Made by a program: the position numbers and the translations under genes. From a bacterium (GTDB lineage Bacteria; Patescibacteriota; Minisyncoccia; UBA6257; 2-01-FULL-56-20), in assembly GCA_027310965.1 (NCBI GenBank), contig DAICZW010000001.1, positions 37,236 to 101,235 of the forward strand: a DNA stretch of 64,000 bases. Direction: 5' to 3'. The notes under the pieces were generated by a model. The model was not told the DNA's origin. It did not search any database and was given only the letters and a program-made list of their open reading frames with translations. Shown in pieces: positions 51,163-61,272 of this stretch; position 1 is the stretch's first letter, and each line of letters opens with the position of its first letter.

Positions 51163-53325
51163 GTGAATAACGGATTGCTTTTGCAATATGTCGTTATCGG
51201 CCTTGATCTGGCGGTTGCTTTTCTGGTGCTTGTTGACCGTCCGAGAAATCCGTTCAACCGCTCGTTTTTCATTTTCGCTTTCGGCGCCGCGCTATGGATC
51301 TTTTGCGCGGACATGGTTTCGCTCGGAAATAACCTCGCGTTCTTCAGGCCGGCATTATGCGGCGCGGAGATCATGATCTTGGGTTTCGTCCTTTTGGCGA
51401 AATTTTTTCCGGGCGACAAAGAAGACAACGGAAAAATAACGGGGAATTTTTTATTTTTTCTCCTTCCGTGGCTTATCATTTTCATCCTTACTTTCTCGCA
51501 ACTCATCATCCGTTTCGCCGATATCAATAACGACGGCTACCTCGATGCGGTCGGCGGCATCCTCGTTCCGGCGCGTTTTGCGGTGATGGCGGGATATCTT
51601 CTATGGAGCAGTTTCATATTTTTCGGGAAGTACCGGAACCTTGCGCCGTCCGCGCGTGTCCGGAATTTTTCTTTTGTCGCCGGCGCGGGCTTATTCGCCG
51701 GCGCGGTGCTTTCGTGCGATGTTTTCTTTCTTATGTTCCGCATTTTCGGCATGGCGATGATCGGCAGTCTGTTTTCCCTTTTTTTCACGGGATGCATGGC
51801 GTACGCGATCATGCGCTACCGGCTCATGGATATCCGGCTGATCGTAAAAAGAGGGGCGGTCTATGTTATCGCCATATTCATGGTCGCCGTTTTTTATTTC
51901 GGAGCATCTTTTTTCCTTCAGGAATTTCTTCATGATAACGACGCCCTTACGTATCCGGCAAGCGCCGTTGCGGCCGCTGTCTTGTGCGTGTTCGGGTTTC
52001 TCTACCTTAAACGCGAATTCGAGGAAATAACCGACCGTTTTTTCTTCCGCGGTGAATATGATTATTTTACGGCTGCGCGCGACCTGAGGAATGCATTTTG
52101 CTCCACGATTGCCCTCGATGATTTTCTCGGGTCCGTAAGCGGTGTTTTTTCCGATACCATCAAGCCGGAACGGATCGTTTTCTTTCTTGATACCGCGCAT
52201 CAGCCGTATTTTTTCGACGGCGTTTCGCGGAAGCCGCCGCCTTCCGCCGCCGAAAACCGTTACGGAGAACTGATTAAAAACTTCCGTGCGCTTCCTTCGG
52301 AACCTGTTTTTATGGAAGAGCTGGGACGCGCCACGAACGATGTCCAGCCGCGGCGGAGGAAAAAATACGAATCGCTTTGCGTCGCCGCAAAAAGAGCGCG
52401 CATCGGCGCAATCATCCCGATTTTTTCGAAAGAAAAAATAAGCGCGATTTTATTGCTGGGCGATAAGCGGTCGGAAGTTCCGTTTTCTTCGAAAGACAGG
52501 GAATTATTGTCGATCGCTTCGCATCAGGCGGGCATGGCGATCGAGAATGCGATGCTGTATGCGGCGCTGCGCCGCCATACGGAAGAACTTGAACGCCGCG
52601 TTTACGAACGCACGGAGCGGATAAAAAACATGTACGACGGGCAGGCGCGATTTTTGGCGGATCTTTCGCACGAATTCCAGACGCCGATTTCGATATTGAA
52701 AGGGAATATCGAACGTCTGGAGAAAATAAACAGCACGAAAGGCAGGGACGAATTTTATGCAATGGAAACGACGCTTGACCGGCTTTCGCGCCTCATCCGC
52801 GACGTCCTGGGTCTGGCAAGGTTAAATTCTTCTAAAACAAACCTTGCGAAGAAGCGGGTCAATGTGGAAAAATTGATCGAGGAGGCGTACGATGACTGTC
52901 TTACTCTCGCGAAAAACAAAGGCATCGCGTTGTCGTTCTCAAGCGAGAAATGTTTTATTTGCGGAAGTGTCGATAAATTAAAGGAAGTTCTTTTGAACCT
53001 GATCGGTAACGCATTGAAGCATACGCCCGCCGGCGGCGCCATTATGCTTTCCGCGAAAGCCGTCGATGACGAGGTTGCCCTCGCGGTTGCGGATACCGGA
53101 TCGGGGATTTCCCATAAAAACCTCCCGCATGTTTTTGAAAGGTTTTATAAGATTGACGGCGCGGGTTTTACGGGAACGGGGCTTGGTCTTTTTATCTGCC
53201 GCCAGATCATCGAGGCGCATAACGGCACGATCATTGCGGAGAGCCAGCCGGGGAACGGCAGCCGTTTTATCATTCACCTGCCTGCCGCGCCGTTACGCAA
53301 TCGGAAAAAATTTGATATAATATAA
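51163..53325 (+). CDS. Membrane sensor histidine kinase (7TM-like, GAF, HisKA, HATPase)
   Basis: Multiple TM helices, LG.K.S...F...D..LL, SHEFQTP, NL..NA.K, D.G.GI, G.GLGL. Confidence 0.93.
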   Translation: MNNGLLLQYVVIGLDLAVAFLVLVDRPRNPFNRSFFIFAFGAALWIFCADMVSLGNNLAFFRPALCGAEIMILGFVLLAKFFPGDKEDNGKITGNFLFFLLPWLIIFILTFSQLIIRFADINNDGYLDAVGGILVPARFAVMAGYLLWSSFIFFGKYRNLAPSARVRNFSFVAGAGLFAGAVLSCDVFFLMFRIFGMAMIGSLFSLFFTGCMAYAIMRYRLMDIRLIVKRGAVYVIAIFMVAVFYFGASFFLQEFLHDNDALTYPASAVAAAVLCVFGFLYLKREFEEITDRFFFRGEYDYFTAARDLRNAFCSTIALDDFLGSVSGVFSDTIKPERIVFFLDTAHQPYFFDGVSRKPPPSAAENRYGELIKNFRALPSEPVFMEELGRATNDVQPRRRKKYESLCVAAKRARIGAIIPIFSKEKISAILLLGDKRSEVPFSSKDRELLSIASHQAGMAIENAMLYAALRRHTEELERRVYERTERIKNMYDGQARFLADLSHEFQTPISILKGNIERLEKINSTKGRDEFYAMETTLDRLSRLIRDVLGLARLNSSKTNLAKKRVNVEKLIEEAYDDCLTLAKNKGIALSFSSEKCFICGSVDKLKEVLLNLIGNALKHTPAGGAIMLSAKAVDDEVALAVADTGSGISHKNLPHVFERFYKIDGAGFTGTGLGLFICRQIIEAHNGTIIAESQPGNGSRFIIHLPAAPLRNRKKFDII

Positions 53326-53331
53326 TCATTC

Positions 53332-54099
53332 ATGGCGCAAGCAATAATCGAGACCAAAGAAAAGAGCGGCATCTACCTTCAAAAAGAAGGGGACATGATT
53401 TTGGACGGCGGGGATAAGACGTACGTTTTAAAACTGCGCGATCTGCCGGCGGAAGAAAAGCCGCGCGAGAAACTGATCAAGCACGGTCCGGCGAACCTCT
53501 CCGTCGCCGAACTGCTTGCCATCATCCTGAACGTCGGTACGAAAAAAGAGGATGTGCTTGCGATGTCGCGCCGCCTGCTCAAGGAATACGGCGACAGTAT
53601 CATCGTCAATCAGAAAGATCCGCAAAAAGTGAGCGAACTTTTGGGAATTCCCATTGCGAAAGCATGCCAGGTGGTCGCATGTTTCGAGCTGGGGCGGAGA
53701 TTTTTCAAGATGCCGGACGGCGGCGCGCCGATCGTGCTCCGGACGGCGCGGCAGGTGTACGACCATCTGAAAGATATGCGCGACCTGCCGAAGGAGCATC
53801 TGCGCGGGCTGTATCTGGACAGCCATTACCAGCTTATCCATGACGAAGTGATCTCCATCGGGAGCTTGACGTCGAACATCATCCATCCGCGGGAAGTGTT
53901 CCGGCCGGCACTGGAATATTCGGCGACGGCGGTTATCCTCGCGCATAATCATCCGTCGGGTATCGCCGCACCGAGCGAGCCGGATATCGCGATCACGAAG
54001 CAGATCATCGAAGCGGGCAAGATCCTCGGCATCAGTCTGCTTGATCACGTGATTGTCGCGAAAAATAAATTCGAAAGCATTCCCGCGGAGTACGAGTGA
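53332..54099 (+). CDS. radC: RadC/JAB-domain protein
   Basis: PREKL..G...LS..ELLAI, HPREVF, AHNHPSG...PS..D, LLDHVI. Confidence 0.95.
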   Translation: MAQAIIETKEKSGIYLQKEGDMILDGGDKTYVLKLRDLPAEEKPREKLIKHGPANLSVAELLAIILNVGTKKEDVLAMSRRLLKEYGDSIIVNQKDPQKVSELLGIPIAKACQVVACFELGRRFFKMPDGGAPIVLRTARQVYDHLKDMRDLPKEHLRGLYLDSHYQLIHDEVISIGSLTSNIIHPREVFRPALEYSATAVILAHNHPSGIAAPSEPDIAITKQIIEAGKILGISLLDHVIVAKNKFESIPAEYE

Positions 54100-54230
54100 T
54101 ACCGATCATCGTTTAAGCAAGTTTTGTTTCGACCGCCGTCCCATTTTGGCGGCCGTCAAGATGGGACAGCGGGTCCGAAAAAGGTGATTTTTATGAGGTC
54201 ATCTATTTTTACGGCGCATGATGATATATA

Positions 54231-54956
54231 ATGGCTTTTATGGTTGTTTACTCTTCGGTCAGAAAGGCATATAAGAAGCGCGTGGCGGTCACGGATTTTT
54301 CGCTTTCGGTTTCGGCGCCGATATTCGGATTTTTGGGCGCGAATGGCGCGGGGAAAACGACGATTATGAAAATGACCGTCGGACTTTTGGCGCCAACGAG
54401 CGGCACGATTATGATCGACGGACAGCCGTCATCCGCGCCGGTTTCGAAGAACAAGATCGGGTTCATGCCCGAAACGCCGTATTTTTACGAAACGTTCACG
54501 GGGATGGAATTTATGAAATTCTGCGGAGAACTTTACGGTCGCCGCGGCTCTGCCTTCAATTCGTTCGCGGGCGGACTTTTGAAGAAAGTCGGCATTTACG
54601 GCGCGCGCGATTATCAGATCCGGACGTATTCAAAGGGCATGCGTCAGCGTCTCGGGTTCGCGCAGGCGCTTGTGAACGATCCCGAATATCTTTTTCTCGA
54701 TGAACCGCTGGACGGCCTTGATCCCGTCGGGCGGCGCGAGATGAAGGACGTGATGCGCGATCTCCGGCGCGACGGCAAGAAGATATTCCTCAACACGCAC
54801 ATTCTCTATGACGTCGAAGAGATGTGCGAAGAGCTCGGCGTTTTGCATCGCGGGCGTCTTCTCTATGCCGGTTCCGTCAAGGAATTTTGCGCGGGAAAAT
54901 CGCTCGAAGAACGGTTCGTCGAAGTCGTCGGAGCGTCGGGTTCTCAAGAGTTGTAG
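54231..54956 (+). CDS. ABC transporter ATP-binding protein
   Basis: GANGAGKT, YSKGMRQR, LDEP..GLDP, H-loop. Confidence 0.95.
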   Translation: MAFMVVYSSVRKAYKKRVAVTDFSLSVSAPIFGFLGANGAGKTTIMKMTVGLLAPTSGTIMIDGQPSSAPVSKNKIGFMPETPYFYETFTGMEFMKFCGELYGRRGSAFNSFAGGLLKKVGIYGARDYQIRTYSKGMRQRLGFAQALVNDPEYLFLDEPLDGLDPVGRREMKDVMRDLRRDGKKIFLNTHILYDVEEMCEELGVLHRGRLLYAGSVKEFCAGKSLEERFVEVVGASGSQEL

Positions 54957-55037
54957 TGCCGGAGTGTTCTATGGTTGTCATTGAAAATACAATACTGCGC
55001 ACAATAAAACATTAGAACATTAGAATATTTTATCATC

Positions 55038-55802
55038 ATGCATACTGTCCTTGTCATCGCAAAAAATACGTTCAAGCTTGAGATCCGCAACAAAATACTC
55101 TATGCCATCCTCGGGTTCGGCGTTCTTTATGCGGTCGTGATGCTTTTTCTGTCGGATCTCGTGCTTCAGGAGCTCCCCATGGTGAAAAGTTTCGGTCTTT
55201 TGGGAATTTATTTTTTCAATGTTATCGTGGCTCTTTTTCTCGGCACGACCTCGTTCCATAAAGACATTGAGCGGAAGATCGTTTATTTCATCCTTGCGAA
55301 ACCGGTCTCGCGGGCGCAATTCGTCATCGGAAAATTCACGGGGCTGTGCCTTGTCCTACTCTCATCGAGCGTCATGCTCGGCGCCGTATATTGCGGCGTC
55401 ATCGCATACGCGCACGGAGGGTTCGACGCCATGGGGCTTCTTGCGATCGCGATGCAATTCCTTGAAATGGCGCTCTTTCTCGCGTTCGCGATTTTCGTTA
55501 CGACGTTTTCAAGTTCGCTCTTGTCCATCGTCTACACTTCCGCCGTGTTTTTTGCGGGGCATATCGTGAGCTCGATCCTTGTCGATGCGAAGGCGATCGG
55601 GATCGGCGGTTTCAAGCTTTTGGCCGTCGAGGCAATGTATTACGTCCTTCCGAACCTTGAGAAATTCAATATCCGCGATTTCGCCGTGCATCCCGTCGCA
55701 ACGCCGTTCACTTTTTTCTTCATGGCGTTGTGTTATGCCGCCGCGTATATCGCGCTTCTTCTTTTTGCCGCCATCTGGATTTTCGAGAAGAAGGAATTAT
55801 AA
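55038..55802 (+). CDS. ABC-2-type permease
   Basis: IA.NTF....R.K, DIERK.VY.IL.KPVSR..F..GKF, LPNL..F, F.KKEL. Confidence 0.9.
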   Translation: MHTVLVIAKNTFKLEIRNKILYAILGFGVLYAVVMLFLSDLVLQELPMVKSFGLLGIYFFNVIVALFLGTTSFHKDIERKIVYFILAKPVSRAQFVIGKFTGLCLVLLSSSVMLGAVYCGVIAYAHGGFDAMGLLAIAMQFLEMALFLAFAIFVTTFSSSLLSIVYTSAVFFAGHIVSSILVDAKAIGIGGFKLLAVEAMYYVLPNLEKFNIRDFAVHPVATPFTFFFMALCYAAAYIALLLFAAIWIFEKKEL

Positions 55803-55900
55803 AAGATGTTTTAGTGTTTTATATGTTATGGCGCAACGAAGAACGCAGCGAAAACGTTGTATCATTACATCATGAGAACATTGCAACACCTTTTCGCATT

Positions 55901-56746
55901 ATGAAAACCGACATTGCATTTAAATCGATAGTCGTTGCCGCGCTTTTCGCCGCCGTTATTTTTTTCCAGTACGGCTATGACGCGACGGCGGTTGCAACGG
56001 CAGCAGGGACCGCGCCCGTGCAGCTTTCTCCCGGCTTTGTCCGCACCGTCGATATGGGGTTCAATGCGCCCATCGCGTCATTTGCGTGGATCGGCACGAT
56101 GCCGGATATCATCGATCTTTTCCTGAACGGCAAGACGGAATATTTTTCCGGCCTTGATTTCGTGACGGGCGTCGATCCGAAGCTGAGCTACCCGTACGCT
56201 TTTTCCGTCATCACCGTTCCCGCCGTGGCGTCGTATCCGAATGCCGTGCAGACGGCGAATGCGATAGGCGCGCGCGGGCTCGCGGCGGCCGATCCCGACT
56301 GGCGGATACCGTTTTACATGGCGACGAATTATTTTCTCTATCTCAAGGACAAGGAAGACGCGCTCCGGTATTACGACATTGCCGCGCGGACGCCCGGCAT
56401 TCCGCCGGTCTCGCAGCGCTTTGCAATTAATTTCAGCATCGGATTTGGGACGCGCGCGCAGATGGAGAATCTTTGGAAAACGATCCGCGACACGACAAAC
56501 GACCCGTCCATGAAACAGCGCGCGCAGGCGTATATCGACCGGTTCGATGCGCTTGATTATCTTGAAGCCGCGGCGAAGCAATACAAAACGGAGTACGGCG
56601 CGTTTCCGAAAACGCCGAACGATCTTGTGGCGAAACATATCATCCCGCAAATTCCGCAGGACCCGTTCGGCTATGCGTTTATTTTCAACGCCGACGGTAC
56701 GGCGACCGTCGACATCGCGCACCCGCCGGCCGTGATCGGGCAGTGA
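55901..56746 (+). CDS. Membrane-anchored TPR-like protein with GspG-like C-terminus
   Basis: Start MKTDI; N-terminal TM helix, P.WRIP, helical repeats, Y...G.FP....DLV...I..IP.DPFG..F. Confidence 0.7.
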   Translation: MKTDIAFKSIVVAALFAAVIFFQYGYDATAVATAAGTAPVQLSPGFVRTVDMGFNAPIASFAWIGTMPDIIDLFLNGKTEYFSGLDFVTGVDPKLSYPYAFSVITVPAVASYPNAVQTANAIGARGLAAADPDWRIPFYMATNYFLYLKDKEDALRYYDIAARTPGIPPVSQRFAINFSIGFGTRAQMENLWKTIRDTTNDPSMKQRAQAYIDRFDALDYLEAAAKQYKTEYGAFPKTPNDLVAKHIIPQIPQDPFGYAFIFNADGTATVDIAHPPAVIGQ

Positions 56747-56810
56747 CGGGCTTTTCAGGAGATTTTCGTCCGCGTAAGTAAAACTTAATATTTGATGGTA
56801 TATTTATTAA

Positions 56811-57746
56811 ATGACAGGAATTTCGAAGTATATCCAATTTTTCAAGCGGCGTCGCGCGGACGCCGGAAAAGGCTGCTATAAAAAACCGAAAGTCGTGTTG
56901 GTCGATATCGACGGCACGGTCATAGAGCCCAAAATAAAAATGTTTACCTTGGCCGAACAGAAATTCGGAAAAGAAATAATGGCGAAGATCGAAAAGGAAA
57001 AAATACGTCCGTTAAGAAAAGAAATGACGGAAGGGAAAATCAGCTTTGAGAAGTACCTTCTCGAACTTTCGAAAATCAATATAGCACTGGGCCAGTCATA
57101 TCGGGATTATAAGGATTTTTTCTTTGATGTTGCGGAAAAAAAGCTCATCAATGAGCCGCTTGTCCGCGCTTTGGGCAATATAAAGAGAAAAAATAAAATT
57201 AAGGTTATCTTTCTTACGTCAAATTTGAGAGTCTACGGGGAAATTATCGCCGATAATGTTTTAAAATTATTGGGAGAGAAGGGAAAATTCGACGGGTGCG
57301 TCGGAGAAGAAAAAGAGTTCAATGAAAAAGGAAAAGGGAAGGCGATAAAAGTGAAAAGCATCATCAGCCACAGAAACGCGGTTTGCGAAGGGGTGAAATT
57401 CATGACCAAAATCGCCGCCATAAAAGAATATTTCAGGAAAAATAAAATAAACGTGAAAGACGAAGCAGTGGCGGTCATAAGCGACGCGGATACCGCTCTT
57501 ATGAAGCACTTCGGGCTTGGCGGATTGGTGCTGTATCCGTGGCGGGAGCTTTCCGACCAGTTCAGGCATATTGAGTACGTGAGGAATGCGCGAAAAGGAC
57601 TTTTCGATTTTTGCGTCGATTATCGGAAAGAAAAAGATCTTCCGGTCGCGCAAAAAAAGTGGGAGCTGATATTGGACAATCCCGCCGTTCTGGAATTTTC
57701 TGACATAAAAATAAAAGCGATATTAAAAAATGGCGCAAAAAAATAA
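56811..57746 (+). CDS. HAD-like hydrolase
   Basis: VDIDGT motif, LTSN, K, SD..D; AT-rich codon usage. Confidence 0.7.
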   Translation: MTGISKYIQFFKRRRADAGKGCYKKPKVVLVDIDGTVIEPKIKMFTLAEQKFGKEIMAKIEKEKIRPLRKEMTEGKISFEKYLLELSKINIALGQSYRDYKDFFFDVAEKKLINEPLVRALGNIKRKNKIKVIFLTSNLRVYGEIIADNVLKLLGEKGKFDGCVGEEKEFNEKGKGKAIKVKSIISHRNAVCEGVKFMTKIAAIKEYFRKNKINVKDEAVAVISDADTALMKHFGLGGLVLYPWRELSDQFRHIEYVRNARKGLFDFCVDYRKEKDLPVAQKKWELILDNPAVLEFSDIKIKAILKNGAKK

Positions 57747-58275
57747 AATAATCATCGCGTTATATGGTCCTGCGGGAACGGGAAAAACCGCGGTTGCCGG
57801 AAAACTTTGCAGGAAATTACCCGGCAAAACGGCGAGAATTTCCGTGGACATATTGCGGGACATGACGTGCCTGTGTTTTGGCAGTTGGAAAGAAAGCGAT
57901 GCCCATATAACATTAGGGAAAAAAACAGCCGTGCTTTTGGCGAAGGAATACGTGCGACGGGGATATAACGTGGTTATCGAAGTGGCGCCGCCCACGATAT
58001 ACGATAAGGGAAAAACCGATAAATGGCTGGCGCTTTCTTTGAAGAAAATGGGAGCCCGTGTTTTTCTTCTTGATGCGCCGCTGGCATCGGTCCTGAAAAG
58101 AAATAAAAAACGGAAAGGGGAATTCGGACAAGGCAATTTGAGCGGGAAATTAACCGAGAAACTTTATGGTTATTGCCAAAAATACCTTGATAAAAAAGAT
58201 TACATTATCATTGATACGGAAAAAATCGGCGCGGACAAAACGGCGGCGCTGATTCTGAAAGCAAAAAATCATTGA
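57730..58275 (+). CDS. P-loop kinase (AAA_33 / nucleotide-kinase-like)
   Basis: GPAGTGKT, D.LR, L.R...R lid motif, IDT. Confidence 0.82.
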   Translation: MAQKNKIIIALYGPAGTGKTAVAGKLCRKLPGKTARISVDILRDMTCLCFGSWKESDAHITLGKKTAVLLAKEYVRRGYNVVIEVAPPTIYDKGKTDKWLALSLKKMGARVFLLDAPLASVLKRNKKRKGEFGQGNLSGKLTEKLYGYCQKYLDKKDYIIIDTEKIGADKTAALILKAKNH

Positions 58276-58402
58276 CTATCCACCGCGTGCGTGGTAATAT
58301 TTTCATTACAAAAACGACCGTTCAACGGTCATTTTTCAGCTCATTTAAAATTGAATAAAGATAAAAATCTTAAAAGCGCGGAATGCGCAAGGGAGGAAAT
58401 CA

Positions 58403-59722
58403 ATGTTGGAAAGGTACAGCAGGAAAGAAATGACCGGCATCTGGTCGGAACGGAACAAATTTTTGCGATGGTTGTCGGTGGAACTGGCCGTACTCAGGGC
58501 GAGGCAGCATATAGGCGAGCTTATATACGATGGTTCTTGGGATTTTGCGGGGGAAATTCGCATTGATCCCGAGGAAATCAACCGCATTGAAAAAGAGATT
58601 ACGGGACATGATGTGATTGCGTTTCTCGAACATTTATCGCCCCAGTTTCCGGAAGAGCTTCGTCCGTGGTTACATAGAGGATTGACATCATACGACGTCG
58701 GGGACACGGCGCTGAGCATGCAGATGCGCGAAAGCGTCAGGCTGCTGATCGAGGGAATCATGAAACTTATGGATGCGGTCAGGGAAAAGGCTCTTGAGTA
58801 TAAGTACGCGCCGCAGATCGGACGCACGCACGGCGTTCATGCCGAGCCGATTACGTTCGGGGTCAAGCTGGCTAATTGGTATGATGAGCTTCACCGGCAT
58901 CGGGACAGGCTTATCAGGCTTTGTAGCGTTGTTGCGGTCGGCAAGATAAGCGGAGCGGTCGGCATGTATACGATCGATCCGAAAATCGAGGAATTGGTTT
59001 GCGAAGAATTATGGCTTAAACCTGTCATTGCCACGCAAATCATTGCGCGCGACATCGCGGCCGAGTATATGTCCGTGTTAGGTATCGTTGCCGCCACAAT
59101 CGGCAAGATAGCCACCAATCTCAGGTTGCTTTCAAAAACGGAAATTGGCGAGGTTATGGAGCCGTTCGGCAGGAACCAGAAAGGTTCATCGGCGATGCCG
59201 CACAAGAAGAACCCGATAGGGAGTGAAAATTTGTCGGGCCTGATGCGTGTCGTTCGCGCGAATGTCCAGGTTGCCCTGGAAAACCTTGCAACGTGCTGGG
59301 ATGAGCGCAGTTTGGACAATTCCGGTCCGGAGAGAGTCATTATTCCCGATTCTTCGATTCTCCTTGATTATGCCATAGACCGGCTTACCGGCATCATCGA
59401 AAAGATGAGGGTTTTTCCCGGCAGGATGCTGATTAATATTGATCACACCAAGGGGCTTGTCTTTTCCCAGGATGTTATGATGCTTGTTGCGGAAAAAAGC
59501 GGCTTGCCCCGGGAAGAGGCGCATACCTTGATTCGCGACATTGCGTTGGGATGCTGGGAGAATCAGGCGAAAGGGCTTGCTGTAGATTTTGATTTTTTGG
59601 AAGCTTTGCTCGCCAACGATATCGTCATGCGGTTCGTTAGCGAGAAAGATTTAAAATCGTGTTTCAATCTCACAAAAAAATTACAGCACGTCAATCATAT
59701 TTTCGACAAAGTATTCGGTTGA
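58403..59722 (+). CDS. purB: Adenylosuccinate lyase
   Basis: HDVIAF, H.GLTS.D, GRTHGVHAEP, GSSAMPHKKNPI.SE. Confidence 0.96.
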   Translation: MLERYSRKEMTGIWSERNKFLRWLSVELAVLRARQHIGELIYDGSWDFAGEIRIDPEEINRIEKEITGHDVIAFLEHLSPQFPEELRPWLHRGLTSYDVGDTALSMQMRESVRLLIEGIMKLMDAVREKALEYKYAPQIGRTHGVHAEPITFGVKLANWYDELHRHRDRLIRLCSVVAVGKISGAVGMYTIDPKIEELVCEELWLKPVIATQIIARDIAAEYMSVLGIVAATIGKIATNLRLLSKTEIGEVMEPFGRNQKGSSAMPHKKNPIGSENLSGLMRVVRANVQVALENLATCWDERSLDNSGPERVIIPDSSILLDYAIDRLTGIIEKMRVFPGRMLINIDHTKGLVFSQDVMMLVAEKSGLPREEAHTLIRDIALGCWENQAKGLAVDFDFLEALLANDIVMRFVSEKDLKSCFNLTKKLQHVNHIFDKVFG

Positions 59723-59755
59723 AAATATGATTGAGTTTTATTTGAAAGAATATCA

Positions 59756-59786
59756 AGGCGCTCCCCTGAAAAGGAGCGCTTTTTTT
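59756..59786 (+). terminator. Terminator after purB
   Basis: AGGCGCTCC-CCTGAAAA-GGAGCGCTTTTTTT. Confidence 0.7.
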
Positions 59787-59922
59787 GTTATTTTACTCCG
59801 AGCTTAACGCCGTTTTCTTGCCGGTAACGCGAAGGATGGAGAAATTTCCGCAACGCGTTGAATATGGCCATATGGCCGCGCGAAACTTCATAAATTATCC
59901 GCATGTATGTTATAGTGGTGCA

Positions 59923-60996
59923 ATGGCAAAACTATCCATCGGCATCGTGGGGCTTCCGAATGTCGGGAAATCGACGCTGTTTAAACTTATTACGAAACAG
60001 GATGTGACGATTGCGAACTATCCGTTTGCGACAATAGATCCCAATGTCGGCGTCGTTGCGGTGCCGGATGAGCGGCTCGAAAAATTGAACGATCTCAGTA
60101 AATCGAAAAAGAAAATTCCGGCGGTCGTGGAGTTCTTGGACATCGCGGGACTCGTGAGGGGCGCGAATAAAGGCGAAGGACTCGGCAACCAGTTCCTGTC
60201 GCACATCCGCGAGACGCAGGCGATCGTAATCGTATTGCGGATGTTTCGGAATGCAGAAATCATCCATGTCGAGAATTCCGTCGATCCTTTGCGCGATCTG
60301 GAAATTATCAATACCGAGCTTATTTTGAAAGATCTTGAAACGGTCGAAAAGCGGCTTACCAAAGCCGAGGCGGAAGCACGGAGCGGCAAGAAGGAAGCGC
60401 GTGAGGACAGGGAGCTTTTGGAAAATCTGAAAGCGCGTCTTGAAAAAGGCGATCTGCCGGTTGCGGACGCGGAATGTATGGAAAGCATCCGCAAAAATAT
60501 CAGGATGATCGATCTGAACTTGTTGACAATGAAGCGGCAGATTTATTTATTGAACGGCGAAGAAAAAGAAGCGCCTGATGCGTTGAAAAATAAAATAGCA
60601 TCGCTTGCCCCCAAAAAGTTTGCGGAACAAAATTCAGACCGCTGCGGCGTGGGATTTGTCGTCGCAGATCTTTCCGCCGCGGCAGAAGGTTCCGGAGGGG
60701 AGATTCCTGAGCTTATCAAAAAAGCGTACGAAGTTCTGGGTCTCGCAAGTTTTTTCACGACGGGCGAGGACGAGACGCGCGCGTGGACGATTGAGAATGG
60801 CACGAAAGCGCCGCAGGCGGCGGGCGTCATCCATACCGATTTCGAGAAAAAATTCATCCGGCTGGAAGTCATTGACTGCGAAAAATTACTCGCGGCCGGC
60901 GGCTGGACGCAGGCGAAGCAGAAAGGATGGGTGCGGCTTGAGGGAAAGGAATACGAAGTGCGGGACGGCGATATTGTCGTCGTGCGGCACGGATAA
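59923..60996 (+). CDS. ychF: Redox-regulated ATPase YchF
   Basis: GIVGLPNVGKSTLF, NYPFATIDPN, DIAGLV.GA..GEGLGNQFL, APQAAGVIHTDF. Confidence 0.97.
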   Translation: MAKLSIGIVGLPNVGKSTLFKLITKQDVTIANYPFATIDPNVGVVAVPDERLEKLNDLSKSKKKIPAVVEFLDIAGLVRGANKGEGLGNQFLSHIRETQAIVIVLRMFRNAEIIHVENSVDPLRDLEIINTELILKDLETVEKRLTKAEAEARSGKKEAREDRELLENLKARLEKGDLPVADAECMESIRKNIRMIDLNLLTMKRQIYLLNGEEKEAPDALKNKIASLAPKKFAEQNSDRCGVGFVVADLSAAAEGSGGEIPELIKKAYEVLGLASFFTTGEDETRAWTIENGTKAPQAAGVIHTDFEKKFIRLEVIDCEKLLAAGGWTQAKQKGWVRLEGKEYEVRDGDIVVVRHG

Positions 60997-60997
60997 G

Positions 60998-61200
60998 GGA
61001 CTTCGCATTTTTATTTTTGAGGGACGGGCTCTCTTAAGTCCCTCAAAAATAAAAATACTCCGTCTGATGCGGAAATAAGAAACGAGGGACGGGTTCTCTT
61101 AAGTCCCTCAAAAATAAAAATGCTCCGTCTGATGCGGAAACAAAGGAGGGGTTCTTTTTGCTCCTTCGCGAATAAAAATGCTCCGTCTGGTGCGGAAATA
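60998..61200 (+). repeat. Fixed-loop, variable-stem hairpin element (copy 2) with ~65-bp tandem duplications
   Basis: GGACTTCG + stem + GGGCTCTCTTAA + stem' + CTCCGTCTGATGCGGAA; the unit repeats at 61019 and 61084, with a degenerate third copy. Confidence 0.78.
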
Positions 61201-61272
61201 AAAGAATGAATCTTGATTAAAAAATCATTAAAGACATTTTGACGGGAGGTATCGGAAGGATAGAATGGAGGA

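Noticed and set aside
53332-54099. radC as a marker of an integrated element or prophage
   Set aside because: It is the full-length chromosomal type, and no integrase, att sites or phage genes are seen around it.
60998-61200. Possible CRISPR array
   Set aside because: Only 2-3 units, the sequence between repeats is itself repeated (no unique spacers), and there are no cas genes in the window.
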